DNA of 64,000 bases, taken from IMG/VR virus record IMGVR_UViG_3300001528_000425, positions 32,001 to 96,000 of that record; one strand, written 5' to 3'. Numbering within the stretch: the first letter of the stretch is position 1; every line of letters starts with the position of its first letter. The notes under the pieces were generated by a model. That model saw only the letters and a program-made list of their open reading frames with translations. It had not been told where the DNA came from and searched no databases. Positions 28,917 to 38,780 of this stretch are shown in pieces. Made by a program: the position numbers and the translations under genes. This DNA is from a virus. Taxonomy: Duplodnaviria > Caudoviricetes.

Positions 28917-31518
28917 CGTCTTTCGGTAATGCTGCCTTCATGAGGTGCTCCATGATGAGGTAGATGGATTTGTCGTCCACAGTAGTCCTGTGGAACATCG
29001 GGTAAATGTCCACATAGTCGAGATCGATGTCACCATAAGCAGTATCGTAACGTTTCAGCCAGGTGTATCCGTTAAACTGTTCCATGAAGATTTCGTCGTT
29101 AGGATTATCAGTCGCAACTAACGTCCCCTTCAGGATATCTCGGATGATCGAGTTCGTAAAGATAGAGAAGATCCGATGGGAGAACGGAATAACATCCAAA
29201 CCGCCAACGGGCGGCGTTTTCTCAACGAAGTAATCTCTCAACCGCAGGAGTCGTTCGGTATCGATGTCGTTCCGATATTTGTCCATAGCTGCGATAGCTC
29301 CAGCTGAAACCAGAGTTCTCATCAAATACGGAGAACCGTTACGATGACCAACAGAGCGAACAAAGATCTGTCCGAATACGCTTTCCAGTTGGACGATGGA
29401 TCGTCCATCCACGAACAGCATACTCAAGTTGTCGAACCAGAAAGGAGCCTCACCTGGTGCGGTGACTTCCCCTCCACTCACCCAACCAGTTGCAAGTCCC
29501 CTCATTTCCCCACGAACTCCGTAGATCTCGAGGTGGTTATCGGATTCTTGTAACCAACTGATATCTTGCAACACGATCTCTGTGAAGATCTCATTGTTGC
29601 CGACCTTGTTGACAACAACCTTGTAACCAAGATCCTTCGTCAACGCATGACCGTTGAAATACACGAGATACTCGATCTGTCCTGCAAGATTGATATCGTG
29701 TGGGATATCGACTTTCAGTGGACCACTCGTGATCAGTTCAAAATCTTCGAACGTCACATCAAAGGTTTTATCCACAAGCTTGTACATGCCGTTACCAGCA
29801 GTGATAGCTACCGGATGCGTGTATAACTCGGGACTCAACGTTAACGTCCACAACCCAGTCGTTTCATTCTGAATCAAATCGCCGAATTCAGTTACTCGTT
29901 CAGAGGCATACGTCTGGATCTGATTGCCGTTGATGTCTCTGACGTATCCGCTGTTGGTTTTCTTCCAGACGAAGATGTCGTCTGTAGACAGAGTCATGGT
30001 TGCATTCGCTTCCGTCACCTCATCGATGATGATATCGAACTTGGACGGATTCTCGAACAACTCAATGACGTATTCATCGCCTTTCTCACAGACGATGACT
30101 TCACCATTATCATCAACTACCTGGATATAGGCAGTCAATTCTGAGTTCATCACAATCTGGACATATTTGTCATTCACCTTCAATCCATTGCGATACACGA
30201 TAGCACGCAACGGAGCATCCAGAAACAACAAAGGAACGGAAACGTTCCAACACACACGCTGGTTATACCGATTGATGACAAATCGTTTCGTTCTGTCACA
30301 GATCAGTGCCAATGTGTTGTTATATCCAAGAACGTCGATGTAGTATCCGAGATCCTTAGGTCTGTAGATATCAGGAACATCGTACATCGCTTGTCCGTAC
30401 ACACTATCTTCCAGGTGATCTGCTGTCCAGAACTCGAAGTTAGCAGGTCCTTTTCCTTGGAAGAATTTGATGATAGTATCATCATCGTGCAGGTAGAGCA
30501 AGTCGATATAGTTGATATCTCGCACCACTCGATTGTTCTTGTTGTGAGAACGAATCAGAATGGTAATAGCCAAACCCGTATCACCGAAATATTCTCGGTA
30601 AGTATCGTAAATACGACTATCGATAGCGAAGTCGCTATGAGTTAATTGTTGGTATACCCACTTACGATCGAGTTTATGCATGAACATGCCAAGGTTATTG
30701 GCATTCGTGATATTCTTGGGTCTCACCAGAACATCGCATGTATTCCAGGTTATGAATTCCCCTTCAGGGTTCATTGCCTTGGGAATATGCACGATTGTTT
30801 TAGTGATATTCTCTTCTGTGGACAAGTACGTATGATGCATGTCCGGGTTGTCAAGGTCGATCAGGATCTTCCCCATCACGTTACCGTCACGAATCACCTC
30901 TACATAATCCCCGATCTTCAACTCCGTAGCAGCCGTGGGCTGTGCCCATCGTCCGTTCACAAAGATCGTAGTAGCGTTGGCGAATGATTCAAATGCAGTG
31001 TAACGTTGTGCTCCCGTGGTGATGTGGAAATATTTGGCAGACAGATCTTTGATTAAGTCGCTATCGTAATACTTCGTAACGAACATCTCCTTGAACTTGT
31101 CTGCCGATCCAACACACTTCAGAAGCATGGGACGACTGACAGCGATGAGGAACGAATTCCTCACAGCTCCTTGCCGGATGTATACACCTTCTCTCCAGAG
31201 CCAAATACCACGATAATCATAGATCTGGAAGTCAAGTAAGTGCTTGGCATTCCAATCTGAGAATTTCACCCAATCCGGACAATCGATGTTAAACGATGCG
31301 GTTTGCTCCAATGGCATTGAGTAAACGATAAATGGCTCTGTTGAATTCGGTAACGGGATCACATCGTAACGAGCACGATATGTCCCGGTTACCGCACGAG
31401 ACGTTTGAAGTCTCAGTCGAACGTTGGTTCGAAATTCACGGAAAGGTTCGTTCCAGATGTTCTGGAACAAGTACTGATTCAGAAATCCACAGATGCGTTG
31501 CTCTGTAGAAACACTCAT
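28885..31518 (-). CDS. Virion structural protein (phiKZ gp27-like)
   Basis: 877 aa, N-terminal NIWNEP motif, FWTADHLE.S.Y, synteny. Confidence 0.7.
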   Translation of the reverse strand: MSVSTEQRICGFLNQYLFQNIWNEPFREFRTNVRLRLQTSRAVTGTYRARYDVIPLPNSTEPFIVYSMPLEQTASFNIDCPDWVKFSDWNAKHLLDFQIYDYRGIWLWREGVYIRQGAVRNSFLIAVSRPMLLKCVGSADKFKEMFVTKYYDSDLIKDLSAKYFHITTGAQRYTAFESFANATTIFVNGRWAQPTAATELKIGDYVEVIRDGNVMGKILIDLDNPDMHHTYLSTEENITKTIVHIPKAMNPEGEFITWNTCDVLVRPKNITNANNLGMFMHKLDRKWVYQQLTHSDFAIDSRIYDTYREYFGDTGLAITILIRSHNKNNRVVRDINYIDLLYLHDDDTIIKFFQGKGPANFEFWTADHLEDSVYGQAMYDVPDIYRPKDLGYYIDVLGYNNTLALICDRTKRFVINRYNQRVCWNVSVPLLFLDAPLRAIVYRNGLKVNDKYVQIVMNSELTAYIQVVDDNGEVIVCEKGDEYVIELFENPSKFDIIIDEVTEANATMTLSTDDIFVWKKTNSGYVRDINGNQIQTYASERVTEFGDLIQNETTGLWTLTLSPELYTHPVAITAGNGMYKLVDKTFDVTFEDFELITSGPLKVDIPHDINLAGQIEYLVYFNGHALTKDLGYKVVVNKVGNNEIFTEIVLQDISWLQESDNHLEIYGVRGEMRGLATGWVSGGEVTAPGEAPFWFDNLSMLFVDGRSIVQLESVFGQIFVRSVGHRNGSPYLMRTLVSAGAIAAMDKYRNDIDTERLLRLRDYFVEKTPPVGGLDVIPFSHRIFSIFTNSIIRDILKGTLVATDNPNDEIFMEQFNGYTWLKRYDTAYGDIDLDYVDIYPMFHRTTVDDKSIYLIMEHLMKAALPKDGAQYRDTVYE

Positions 31519-32558
31519 TACCTTATCACCTTATTAATAAAGAGGCGGCTGGAAGCAAGATCGGTGCCGAATGCAATGATCTCGCGTTTCATGTCCGAGT
31601 TCTTGATCATATTGGCGAACATGGGATTCTTAGATCCCTGCAAACTGATCAGGATCTGATACACCCAATACGGTGGATAATCCAGAGCGATCAGCATGTT
31701 CTGACTATCACCAGGAGTCCTCGACATCGGAGTATAGATCTTGTCAGCATCGAGGGTCTTCATGCGAGCCGGACCAGCTTCTGCCAACATCTTGCAGCAA
31801 GTAGGAATCGAAAGGGCATCCGTACCGATCTTGTCACGCACTTCATCGAAGATCGCCAGACGATTGTTGATGTCGTTGAAATTCCCAAGGAAAGTACAAC
31901 GATTCAGAAGAGGCGGTACTCTCATCGGCGCATCGGCAGAACCGAGCAGTTGTGCGAAGTAAGCCGCGAACACCGTCTGTACCAACTTGTACTCATCCAG
32001 CTCGAGGTTATAATAACCACGAAGCAAAGTACCGATCATCGTGGCATACGATTTGATGATGAACACACAGTGTTGCGGAGAGAGCCACTGATCAGAATCA
32101 TTGTAGCTCATACACAGCATTCCCTTGGCAAAAGCCGCGGCACAAGCGGGCACATCTGTGACCCACAGGCCACTATTATATGCATCACGTTTAGATAATA
32201 TCGGTGTTATATTCAGCCATGCCGTCTGATATTCAACCGGAATCGACTTGGCGACATACTTGCCGTCAACGACAATGTCCGTGTTCGAAAACAGCTCAGG
32301 AACACCGGCTTTATAGTCGGTGAAATTCAATACGGTGAACAAAGACAACTTGTCCTCAGCAATGATGCGAACAAAGATGTCTGTCAGCAGAGTACGGGTG
32401 TGAACCTTGACGGAACGGATGGCATTCATGCCTTCGTCGTCGAGAATCAGTCCAGGCGAAGAAAGTCTTGCTTTAATTACTGAAGTCAGGGCTTCCTTCG
32501 CCAGTCTATTCACATCAAGGGCACTGCCGTACCACGTAGTTCCAATGGTGGGTTTCAT
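31518..32558 (-). CDS. Virion structural protein (phiKZ gp28-like)
   Basis: 346 aa, ALDYPPYW motif, divergent from the sheath. Confidence 0.65.
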   Translation of the reverse strand: MKPTIGTTWYGSALDVNRLAKEALTSVIKARLSSPGLILDDEGMNAIRSVKVHTRTLLTDIFVRIIAEDKLSLFTVLNFTDYKAGVPELFSNTDIVVDGKYVAKSIPVEYQTAWLNITPILSKRDAYNSGLWVTDVPACAAAFAKGMLCMSYNDSDQWLSPQHCVFIIKSYATMIGTLLRGYYNLELDEYKLVQTVFAAYFAQLLGSADAPMRVPPLLNRCTFLGNFNDINNRLAIFDEVRDKIGTDALSIPTCCKMLAEAGPARMKTLDADKIYTPMSRTPGDSQNMLIALDYPPYWVYQILISLQGSKNPMFANMIKNSDMKREIIAFGTDLASSRLFINKVIR

Positions 32559-32634
32559 GTAGCACCTTCAAATATTGTTGGATTTTGGTTTAATCAAGAT
32601 CTATAGGATTGTCCTTTAATTTAGGAGATAAAAC

Positions 32635-34824
32635 ATGTCAAACATTGCTCCTTATCCACACGTTGAGATCGACGTTGAGGATAGTTCGATCTATATCCCG
32701 ATCAAGGAGGATTCGCTCCCCCTTCATCGGCCGATCTACTTCATGCGAACTGAACGTGGACCGATTGGGATTCCGATCTGGCGCGACACGCAAACTGAAG
32801 CGAACGCGACCTTCGGTTCGGAAACTTTCAATCAGAGAAGCAAGTACTTCTCTCCGAGCGCCTACTTCCTGAAGAAGACGTTCCAGAACAATGGCGCGTT
32901 TATCGTCCGTGTGGCCGATACCGATGCTAAGAATGCTCGTATCGTCATCGAGCTTGCTGTCACCGAGAAGGCGATTCAGCAATACAAGCGCGATGAGAAC
33001 GGGAAGTTCATGCTCGACTCCAAGGATCAGAAGATTCCGATCAACAAGGATGGAGAAACCATCAGCGAGCTGCAGGCGATCTACGACGCCGAAACGAAGA
33101 AGATCGAAGACGGTGAAATGACCGACGAAGACCGCACGGTCCAACTGGAACAACTCCAGCCCAAGACCATGGACGGTTACGAGCTCAAGTGGCTTGGTCG
33201 AGCTATGCCGCAGGGCGCGACCGACGATGAAGACATCGATTTCTCGATGCTGACTCCGACGAAGGTCGTCAACGACGACAGCACCACGACCACCTTCTAT
33301 CCGATGTTCACATTCGTGGCTTCGAGCGGTGGTGAATGGGGCAACAGCATGGGCTTCAAGCTCTACTACGATCCCAAGAACAACCGCAACGACACGATCA
33401 CCAGAAACGGTGCGTGCTACTACACGCTTGCTCCGATCGAGCTGCCCGCTGGTTCCACCAGTGCCTCCGCGATCCGGAACAAATACTCGAACACCGAAGT
33501 CTCCTTCGTCGTCAAACCGAACGCCACCGACTCGATCACTGGTGTGGACATCAGCGCCGAACCGGTGCTCGAAGCGGCTTACAGTGACGGTTACGAACTC
33601 CCGGTCAAGATCCAGATCTTCCCCGAGAACTTCAATGCTGTCGGCAATCTCATCCTGCAGTCCGATCCGGAAGCCCGCGAACGGCTTTACATCGACTACA
33701 ACGATGACGATGTGAACGACTGGGCGGAATCCGAACAGGGTTACATGGTCAACCTGTTTTCGAACGTCGACATCGATGGCGTTCCGTTCAAGACGATCGA
33801 CCTTGTGGAGCCTGATGGCATCGAAACTGGCGTGATCGCCATGTCTTCCTCTGCCATCCACTACATGGTGTCCGGTTCTGACGGTGACATCAGCGATGCG
33901 GCGACTGAAGAATACATGCGGCTCCTGTTGGCGGATACCACCAACGAGTACCTGATCGACAAACCGCGGTTCCCCTTCAACTGCCTGTTCGACACTGGTT
34001 TCTCCATGGATACCAAGCGTGCCATGATCGCGTTCCTTGATGTCCGTGAGGACGTCAAAGTCGTGCTCGGATCGCAGATCTCCTGGAAGACCAAACAGGG
34101 CACCATCCCGGATGTCAATAACAAGTACACCGACGAATCTGTCGGTATGGCGCTTCGCGAAGAATGTCTCAGCATGCGCGAATCGATCGCCAAAGGTACC
34201 GGCTGCTGCCGGGCTATCGTCTTCACCCAGGCTGGCAAAACTGCTGACTGGGATCGTTGGCTGCCGACCACGCTGTGGCTTGCCATCAAGAAGTCGGAAT
34301 ACCTGAACCGCGATTTCATGAACCAGGAGCCGAAAGAGCTCCCGAACAGTGACGTCGACATCTGGAAAGAGATCAGCTGGACTGCGACCAGCGAGGACAC
34401 GAAGAACCGCGTCTGGAACTACGGCCTCAACTACATGCAGTACTACAACCGTACTTCGGTGCACTACGCCTCGCTGCGTTCGGTGTACAAGTACGACACC
34501 AGCGTATTGGTCGACGACAGTTTCGTCGATGCCGTGATCTTCGTCAAGCAGCTGACCTACACCGCGTGGGCTCGGTTCGCTGGTTCCACTGACAAAACCG
34601 CCTCGCTCCAGCAGCGTATCTACGATCACCTCATGGAGATCTATCAGTACATGCTGCACGGCAAGTTCGGTGTGGATGTGGAAGTCTACCAGACCGATGA
34701 AGATGTCAAGTTGGGATTCGTCCAGCACATCGATATTCACCTCTCCAGTCCCGGTCAGAACCGTGTCTGGCGTGTCAATATCATCTGCGAACGTGACGGA
34801 TACTCGAGCGAAAGTGAGGAGTAA
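32635..34824 (+). CDS. Tail sheath protein
   Basis: 729 aa; P..EIDVEDSS...LPLH.P...ERGP, FDTGFSMDTK; very strong codon bias; precedes the tube. Confidence 0.9.
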   Translation: MSNIAPYPHVEIDVEDSSIYIPIKEDSLPLHRPIYFMRTERGPIGIPIWRDTQTEANATFGSETFNQRSKYFSPSAYFLKKTFQNNGAFIVRVADTDAKNARIVIELAVTEKAIQQYKRDENGKFMLDSKDQKIPINKDGETISELQAIYDAETKKIEDGEMTDEDRTVQLEQLQPKTMDGYELKWLGRAMPQGATDDEDIDFSMLTPTKVVNDDSTTTTFYPMFTFVASSGGEWGNSMGFKLYYDPKNNRNDTITRNGACYYTLAPIELPAGSTSASAIRNKYSNTEVSFVVKPNATDSITGVDISAEPVLEAAYSDGYELPVKIQIFPENFNAVGNLILQSDPEARERLYIDYNDDDVNDWAESEQGYMVNLFSNVDIDGVPFKTIDLVEPDGIETGVIAMSSSAIHYMVSGSDGDISDAATEEYMRLLLADTTNEYLIDKPRFPFNCLFDTGFSMDTKRAMIAFLDVREDVKVVLGSQISWKTKQGTIPDVNNKYTDESVGMALREECLSMRESIAKGTGCCRAIVFTQAGKTADWDRWLPTTLWLAIKKSEYLNRDFMNQEPKELPNSDVDIWKEISWTATSEDTKNRVWNYGLNYMQYYNRTSVHYASLRSVYKYDTSVLVDDSFVDAVIFVKQLTYTAWARFAGSTDKTASLQQRIYDHLMEIYQYMLHGKFGVDVEVYQTDEDVKLGFVQHIDIHLSSPGQNRVWRVNIICERDGYSSESEE

Positions 34825-34830
34825 TAAATC

Positions 34831-35673
34831 ATGAAGCAATTCCTTAATAATGTCTCCGGGTTCGGCACTCCCGCAGGAGTTCCGGTTGCGAACCTGCTCG
34901 AGGGAAGCCAGCTCGGTATCGGTTTCCAGGCGAATGCCCTGGATGCTTCAACTCCGCTTGTGTTCCCTCCGGCGGCGATCGTGGTTCTGCAGACCCCGCA
35001 GATGTATGCCAACTTCCCTGACTTCGGCCGCATGATCAAGGTCATGATGGAATGCCACGCCAAGGAAGTTACCGGCATCGACTTCGGCTACACGCTGGAA
35101 ACCCAGTCGCAGCCTGTCGGTCATGACGGCCAGGAAATGGCAGTTCCCACGAAGGCGAAACGTTCGGCCGTTACGCCGACCTTCACCTATCCGGAACTCA
35201 CCGGTAACCTGATCTGGAACATCCATCGCAGGTGGATCTGGGATATCCAAAACCCGGATACCAACGCCTCCATGGAGTTCCTGGATGAACCGAATCCGTA
35301 CGCCCTGTCGGCTTACGCTGTATCGTTCCTTGCGATCCAGTTCGACCCGACTGCCCACCACAACCGCATCTCGGACTGCGCGTTCTACACGAACGTCTTC
35401 CCGCAGATGACGACTGAACTGGGCATCGAGCGTCGTATCGGTCAGTCCAAGATCATGGAACGTGCCATCACCTACAATGGTTACATCATCCACAACGAAC
35501 AGACTCGTGCGTTGGGTAAGACCATTGCGGAACAGATGAAGATCCGTCGGGCGAAATACCTGTACGCATCTCCGGGTGTCACCTCCATCGACGGCAAGAT
35601 CGCCGATGCTGGTCTCCAGAAGGACCTCGCTGCGATCCTTGCGCAGAATGGCGAGCGTACCTGGGGCGCCTAA
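34831..35673 (+). CDS. Tail tube protein
   Basis: 280 aa right after the sheath, same codon bias; ECHAKEVTGID, QFDPT, NVFP motifs. Confidence 0.85.
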   Translation: MKQFLNNVSGFGTPAGVPVANLLEGSQLGIGFQANALDASTPLVFPPAAIVVLQTPQMYANFPDFGRMIKVMMECHAKEVTGIDFGYTLETQSQPVGHDGQEMAVPTKAKRSAVTPTFTYPELTGNLIWNIHRRWIWDIQNPDTNASMEFLDEPNPYALSAYAVSFLAIQFDPTAHHNRISDCAFYTNVFPQMTTELGIERRIGQSKIMERAITYNGYIIHNEQTRALGKTIAEQMKIRRAKYLYASPGVTSIDGKIADAGLQKDLAAILAQNGERTWGA

Positions 35674-35689
35674 CCCTATCCAAGAATAC

Positions 35690-35723
35690 ACCATCTACTG
35701 GGACCAACATCCCAGTAGATGGT
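35690..35723 (+). terminator. Terminator of the sheath-tube operon
   Basis: accatctactggga/tcccagtagatggt followed by a T-rich tract. Confidence 0.85.
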
Positions 35724-35826
35724 TATTTCTTCTTCTTTTTCTTATTTAAGACAAAAAATAAAAGAGTGTAACTGATTAGCTACACTCTTGCTGTAAAATT
35801 ATACATGGCGTTCCACATTATATAGG

Positions 35827-36042
35827 TTAACGGAATGACACCCAAGGAGATGAAGTGTACCCGATCGCTTGTCTAGGAACCCATCCAGAGCATTCGAATC
35901 CGTAGCCAGTGACGCAGAGTTGGTCACCGGAGATCCCGGTCACCTTCCACATGCTTCTCTGGTGTTTGGACATATGACTCGGCAGCATATCAGAACGAAG
36001 TCCAACCTTGCTTCCGATTTTGATGTCTTGTTTCGTGTCCAT
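35827..36042 (-). CDS. Small SH3-like hypothetical protein
   Basis: MDTKQDIKIGSKV...WKVTGISGD...SGWV; aagga RBS; early promoter at 36163. Confidence 0.6.
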   Translation of the reverse strand: MDTKQDIKIGSKVGLRSDMLPSHMSKHQRSMWKVTGISGDQLCVTGYGFECSGWVPRQAIGYTSSPWVSFR

Positions 36043-36162
36043 GGTACTAAATCCTTTCATTTGTTTGTTGCTACTACACTTGGATCGTGACGTTAACTTA
36101 GATCGCTTCTGGTGCGCTAACACCAGAAGAGATCGACTTATTCAGCTAACTTCTTCACTTAA

Positions 36163-36170
36163 GTAATATA
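36163..36170 (-). promoter_or_regulatory. Early promoter core TATATTAC
   Basis: TTTCATGTATATATTAC-N5-TGAA. Confidence 0.75.
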
Positions 36171-36194
36171 TACATGAAATCAAAACGAATAGGA

Positions 36195-36232
36195 CATCTA
36201 GTGGTAGTGGGATATCCCACTACCACTAGATG
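36195..36232 (-). terminator. Perfect 38-bp palindrome / terminator
   Basis: catctagtggtagtgggat|atcccactaccactagatg. Confidence 0.75.
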
Positions 36233-36244
36233 CTATTTTGTCAG

Positions 36245-38731
36245 TTAGTAACCTAACCCACCAGCATTCTCTTCATCTCCACCAGGATTGGTGAGTTTGT
36301 CGAGAGACTTCATCTTCCTATCGAAGTTCTTCAGGAAGAGGGAAGTGTGTACAGCAGTGTCTAGGATCATCTCATCCGTATCCGGGATGTTCGCCAACTG
36401 GTGATAACCGAGGTTTTCCATATAATCCTTGATCATGTCACTCTGTAACGCACCACGCAATGCAGCGAGCTGTTTGCGTTCATCGTCACTCTGTGCCATC
36501 TCATCTGGATAGCGTTTCTGAACAATCTGCTCAACCGAATCCATGAAGGAACGGAGTTCTTCGTAATGCGCTTTACTCGTGGCCACATTCGGCTTCGGAA
36601 GATTGATTTCGAACCCAGCAATAAGCCTTCTGAGTTTGGCATCAACCGAGTCGTCTTTCCTGTCGATATCAGGAGCGAGATCGCTCTCTTTCACGTCCTC
36701 TGTATCCTTGTCTTGCCCAGTCAGAATTTCACGTAATTGTTTCAACAATCCCGCGTGATTCCTTACGTAATTTTGGATAAATTTGCAATTGATCGGATGC
36801 AGCTTGTTTTGCCACAAGCGAACTCTGTTCGAAAACGTGATGTTCGTTGTAGCGACAGAACGTGAGTATTCTGATTCGGACAGTTGGTTCAATTGACTCG
36901 GAGATACGAATAGACCGAGACCAACCCAGTTGTTCAGATTGTCCATCATCGTGGAGTCCGGTTGAGGTGCAGAGCCTCCTCTGGTCTCCGTGTTGACGTT
37001 CAGGTTGTCGTTGGTACCATTGACGTTCCTGGCTTTGATATGGATATGACTGTTCAAGATGCTTTCCGAAGCTTGCTGCAAATTCGTGGTGAATTTGGGA
37101 GCATACTTCAGGATAGCTTTGCGCCGCACCATATCCAGAGTCTGGATCGCATTCTGGTTCTTCTCATCCACGTCAACGTCGATGTGGATATGCTTGGTAG
37201 AGTTTTCGATGGCTGCCATAACGTTAGCTACCACAAAGGTAGTACGCAACGCCAGGATAAATTCGATATCTTCCAGGATGGACTTGCCAGTACCGTTATC
37301 ACGATAATCGAAAGCATAGTACATCATCAATGGTTCCGGAACGAAGATCAGTTTGATCTTGGATTTCCGAAGCAGGTTGTAGAAGATACTCTTACCGATC
37401 GCACTGTGTAAACTGACATCCAGTCCATGCAATCCCATCTTGTCGAGTTTGGACTCGAGGAGATGTTTGACAGCTACGGTAAATACCGTAGAAGTAGCAT
37501 TGAACTGACTCTCTTCCGAGAGCTTCATCATCTGAACAGTTTGAATCGTCTGTGAGCCGTAGGTAGCCTTCATGGCGTTGTACGCCAGTCGTTCTACACT
37601 TGCTGCCGGAGTGAACTGGGCATTCGGATCAGCCTTCAAGGGAAATCCGTCACTACCTGCGATCAAGTAACAACCGATACGCTCATGCGTTCCTGGAATC
37701 ACAGCGGGGATGATAGCTTCCGTTGGCCACTCCACAATAGAGGGCATGTCGTCTTCTTGTAGAAACTGATCCATGATGTCAGACATCGAGAAGATGGGTT
37801 CTCTCGGCCTAACACCAGCTTGATCTTCTCTCGGATCAACGGACGAGATGGATTGTTCCGCAGCTCTCATGATCTCCGTCATACGACGTCTGGTACCAGC
37901 AGTACCTCTTCGTATTTCAGAGATATCACGACTGACGAAGATGGCATCACCACTGTCTTTCAGCAGTTTCATGGAGGATTCTGCCAACCCACTGATCAAC
38001 TTAACACGATCCTTCTCTCCAAGGGCTTCCATGCCAGGAACGACCCCTTCCAGAGACATACTGGCATCACGAAGTAAATCGGTGAATTGCCAATTCTCAG
38101 TAGCAGGATCAAAGTCTGCGAGATCGAGTTGGAAGGATTCCAGTGCCGCATTCTTGGTCGGGTCCCATGCATCCACAACCGAGTTGAGCATACGGTTGGT
38201 GGCCTGTGGTAGGACGATCACGCCGATGGCACCTTTGTCAACCAGAGCAACCCCGATCCACTCCTGAAGTTTTTCTCCGAAGTGTAGTACGTCGTTGAAG
38301 TGATCTCCTACAAGCTGACAAACAGCCTGACGTGTTTCATCGTCGATTGTTTTATCCGTGTTACCGACAGCAACCAAGTCAGTCTGCATGTCGTTCGGAG
38401 AGATGATCGAACTCACCAAGATGAGCTTGGTGAGTGGAATCTCAGGAGACAATGTCCTGAAATTCTTGAGCTTCTCCACGATCGACGCTGTATTGGACGT
38501 GGTATCAAGTAAGGTGGAGTAAAGCGAATACTGATCCTGACGTTCACCAGGATCTTGAACAGCAAATCCAGGCATATTGCTGAGTTCTGCTTTGGAATAG
38601 GAACCGAGATGTTCCGTCAACACTTCAGGAGCTGAAGTGTTGGAAATATCCATCGGATACAGGATAGAAGCCATCTTCAAGAAACGGCTCTTGCTTCGAA
38701 CAACAATATTCGATCCTTGTTCATCTGCCAT
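36245..38731 (-). CDS. Portal protein (phiKZ gp129-like)
   Basis: ILVSSIISPNDM, AFDYRDNGTGKSILE motifs; ALE/SLE/GME processing sites; divergent from the next gene as in phiKZ. Confidence 0.75.
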   Translation of the reverse strand: MADEQGSNIVVRSKSRFLKMASILYPMDISNTSAPEVLTEHLGSYSKAELSNMPGFAVQDPGERQDQYSLYSTLLDTTSNTASIVEKLKNFRTLSPEIPLTKLILVSSIISPNDMQTDLVAVGNTDKTIDDETRQAVCQLVGDHFNDVLHFGEKLQEWIGVALVDKGAIGVIVLPQATNRMLNSVVDAWDPTKNAALESFQLDLADFDPATENWQFTDLLRDASMSLEGVVPGMEALGEKDRVKLISGLAESSMKLLKDSGDAIFVSRDISEIRRGTAGTRRRMTEIMRAAEQSISSVDPREDQAGVRPREPIFSMSDIMDQFLQEDDMPSIVEWPTEAIIPAVIPGTHERIGCYLIAGSDGFPLKADPNAQFTPAASVERLAYNAMKATYGSQTIQTVQMMKLSEESQFNATSTVFTVAVKHLLESKLDKMGLHGLDVSLHSAIGKSIFYNLLRKSKIKLIFVPEPLMMYYAFDYRDNGTGKSILEDIEFILALRTTFVVANVMAAIENSTKHIHIDVDVDEKNQNAIQTLDMVRRKAILKYAPKFTTNLQQASESILNSHIHIKARNVNGTNDNLNVNTETRGGSAPQPDSTMMDNLNNWVGLGLFVSPSQLNQLSESEYSRSVATTNITFSNRVRLWQNKLHPINCKFIQNYVRNHAGLLKQLREILTGQDKDTEDVKESDLAPDIDRKDDSVDAKLRRLIAGFEINLPKPNVATSKAHYEELRSFMDSVEQIVQKRYPDEMAQSDDERKQLAALRGALQSDMIKDYMENLGYHQLANIPDTDEMILDTAVHTSLFLKNFDRKMKSLDKLTNPGGDEENAGGLGY

Positions 38732-38780
38732 GATATGTTACCTTTAATGTGGTTAATTATCAACCAAGGAGCACCTTACG

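Noticed and set aside
32638-34839. 733-aa antisense ORF over the tail sheath (and 248 aa over the tube)
   Set aside because: A by-product of strong codon bias in highly expressed genes, which removes antisense stops; no RBS or protein-like motifs
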